The notes beneath the pieces were generated by a model that made no database searches, had not been told where the DNA came from, and saw only the letters and a program-made list of their open reading frames with translations. From Octopus sinensis (lineage: Eukaryota), in the NCBI RefSeq assembly GCF_006345805.1, contig NW_021831988.1:124001-188000 (forward strand): 64,000 nucleotides of DNA, written 5' to 3'. The position numbers and the translations under genes were made by a program. Below are positions 61,828 to 64,000 of the stretch, one piece after another (positions within the stretch are counted from its first letter, which is position 1; each line of letters opens with the position of its first letter).

Positions 61828-63297
61828 ATGTCGATAGTTGTTAGTTCACTCTAATTTTCTTTTTCTTGATAAAGTGTTTATTTTATATTGAAAGAATAGA
61901 ATTATTTGACCCATTTATAACGTTATCATTCTGCAATATGCTTGCACTGATTTTATCAATTTTGTTAATTAATTCAATGATCTCAGCAACTGATGAAAAA
62001 AAACAAGAAAAAACAACAAAGGCAAACATCAATTCAAGTACAAAAACCTCACAAAAAACAACTACTAATAAAAAAGTTACTAATCAAACAAAAAACACTA
62101 AAACTCCCAAAATTACAACTTCGACGCATAAAATGACGACAGCTGCCCCACATGCCAAAACGACAATTGCCACACAGGTTAAAAATAATTCTAAAAAAGT
62201 TATTGGAATAATTGCCGGTGTTCTCGCAATAATATGTGTATTTGGATTAATCTACTATTTCATTCACCGAAAAACGAAGAAGAATAATTACGGGGAACTC
62301 AATCGCTTATTATAATCGTTATCAGTAACTAATAAGACTAATTTTAATTATTCGTTTATTGGTATTTTTTGATTTCATTTTTTCTTGTGGTGTGTTTCAC
62401 CCGAGCACTACCATTACCGATGGATCTATCTACGAAGTCTCTTGAAAGACAAATTAGTAATAATGTAGACGGTGATTCGGCTTTTTTGCTTTTAGCGATT
62501 CGATGTGAAATCATGTAAGAGATTTTTGATAATATAAAATTGAGGTCAAAATTGAATGAATCATCTATTTGTCAAATATTTTTTTGTTCTTAAAAAATCG
62601 GTTTTCTGATATTTTCGTGATTATTAGGAACTTAATACTGCAAAAGTAATGAAGGCTTCATGTATTTAGGTGAAAGAATTTTGTGACAGATAATACACTG
62701 CGGATGTTCACAATGTTTTTATTCACTGAAAATCTCGAATTCCTCGTCACACGCTTTTAGAAGTTGGAGGTCAATGTTTCCTTTTCTTGTTGAAGAATGT
62801 CCTTCATTCCAAATTTAATTTTTTTAGGAGGACGTTTTAAAAAAGGACACTGCGAGGACAATAATTTTAAATCAACTTCTCAACTTGGGCGCCACAAATA
62901 GTCTGTACACTCAGAAAATTGTTGCTCGAATATTTAAGTCAAAAGAACGGAATTTGATTCATAGCCAAAGCTTGAATGGTTTAATAAATCACAACATAAA
63001 CCGAGATTAGAAGCATCATATGCTGTAATTTTAATTTATACTTGAACAAATAGGTCTCAATGATTATTGCAAAAAACAAAGCTGCACATAATTCTGGGGG
63101 AAAGTTAATTAACCCTGCGGGTCTTGAAATGTTAATTACTTTCCTGTTGAAGACACAATTCCAACCTCAACCTTTCTTTACTTTATTTAAAGAATATCAG
63201 GAACTCAATTTTCACCAAGGCTCTTGATTGGACTTCAATCTAATTAGAATGTTTTCAAATGTGCTTAATTATTAAATTTTTGACATTCTCATTAATG
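61828..63297. repeat. Inverted segmental duplication, copy 2
   Basis: Reverse complement of 40595-42133. Confidence 0.93.
61938..62315 (+). CDS. Small type I membrane mucin-like protein, copy 2
   Basis: Same ORF as 41579-41956 with three visible substitutions. Confidence 0.75.
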   Translation: MLALILSILLINSMISATDEKKQEKTTKANINSSTKTSQKTTTNKKVTNQTKNTKTPKITTSTHKMTTAAPHAKTTIATQVKNNSKKVIGIIAGVLAIICVFGLIYYFIHRKTKKNNYGELNRLL

Positions 63298-63299
63298 TT

Positions 63300-63675
63300 T
63301 TATTGATAAAAAAGAAACTAATTAACTAAGTAATTTTTCTAACTACGTCCAGAGCCTTAGAAGTAAGCAGAGGATGGCACTCCACACATCTCCTCCCCTT
63401 CTTCCCCCTCTTCTCTGGCACGGTAGACCTCCGAGAAGGTGTAGTCCGGCGCCTCTCGCTGACTAAATGTCAGGAAAAGGCTGGATCGGCGAGCATCAAA
63501 CGAGACACTCTCCAGAGTTTTCTTAAGAACAGTTGACTGTATATAATCCCGTAGAGACTTATCTACACCCAACTGTCTTAAGTACCGCTTGTGGTATTTG
63601 ATGACCAGTCCATCCCATCAGGGAATGACATGGACTTTGCACTGGTGCATCAATCCTAGCTCGTTTACAAGGATT
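63300..63675 (-). mobile_element. R4-like 3' fragment
   Basis: Reverse-complement match to 50578-50950, including the 3' UTR. Confidence 0.88.
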
Positions 63676-63689
63676 AAAGAAAAATCAGA

Positions 63690-63911
63690 GACTCACGGAA
63701 AATGCCGCCAGCAAAATCGTTGAAAAAAGTATGATTTTATCAAATCCATCTCGATCTACAAGATTAAAAAAATTAATACATTTCTGTCTCCTATCTTTAT
63801 GTTTTGTTGTTTTTCTAGAGTCTGCTGCAAGCAAGACTCCTCTGCGGTATTGTATTGCTATAATCGTAGTTCCACTCTTAAATTAATTACAAGTTGAAAA
63901 TAAACATCCAT
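63690..63911 (-). pseudogene. 5' part of a divergent catalytic-type proteasome beta subunit (PSMB6/beta1-like), broken by R4 sequence
   Basis: MD-SGTTIIAIQYRRGVLLAADSRKTT...-DKI with 29-nt (63877-63905) and 24-nt introns. Matches the Ntn motif GTTIxAxxYxxGVxLxADSR. Confidence 0.62.
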
Positions 63912-64000
63912 TATACTACACTTGAGAAAATATTATTTTTTTCTCTTTTTTAGAACATTGATTTGGATTTGATTCATATTTTTCAAAATATACATTTTTA

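Noticed and set aside
61828-63675. R4-mediated 3' transduction of the mucin gene
   Set aside because: The other copy at 40595 has no upstream R4, and there is no poly(A) tail or TSD at the far end.
1-64000. Prokaryotic features (CRISPR arrays, operonic defence systems, rRNA, tRNA) and telomeric arrays
   Set aside because: None seen. Genes are intron-containing eukaryotic orthologs, and the IS1595-like ORF is a eukaryotic Merlin element with an intron.

Overview
Eukaryotic, apparently animal, nuclear DNA. AT-rich spacers and transposon debris alternate with compact, more GC-rich housekeeping genes. Almost every gene is split by tiny spliceosomal introns of about 22-30 nt, so the ORF track breaks up or misses genes. 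Genes reconstructed by hand: FIGNL1-like (3' end), a Bcl-2-like gene, CHM/REP, PABPN1, CCT4, UBE3D-like, PSMD3, SPO11, FMC1, COX20-like, an anoctamin, SERINC, UBE2G2, an acatalytic alpha-carbonic anhydrase, a duplicated mucin-like membrane gene, BRI3, a Cdc42-like GTPase, EIF5B, PRPF4, a truncated proteasome beta subunit and two orphans. Mobile DNA includes pogo/Tigger, Tc1, hAT, Merlin and Ginger-like DNA transposons plus R4-like, CRE-like and I/Jockey-like non-LTR retroelements, several of them nested. The intron size and gene set suggest a strongly reduced parasitic animal, such as a dicyemid or myxozoan; this is an inference and was not determined. Most striking signals: (1) nucleotide skew inverts within most host genes, C/A-rich at the 5' end and G/T-rich at the 3' end, and usually resets at gene boundaries; (2) the tiny introns lack visible branch-point or polypyrimidine signals; (3) the same tiny introns occur inside transposases of five DNA-transposon superfamilies, including an apparently intact Tigger. 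All exon boundaries and homologies are from manual reading and recalled motifs, with no database searches.
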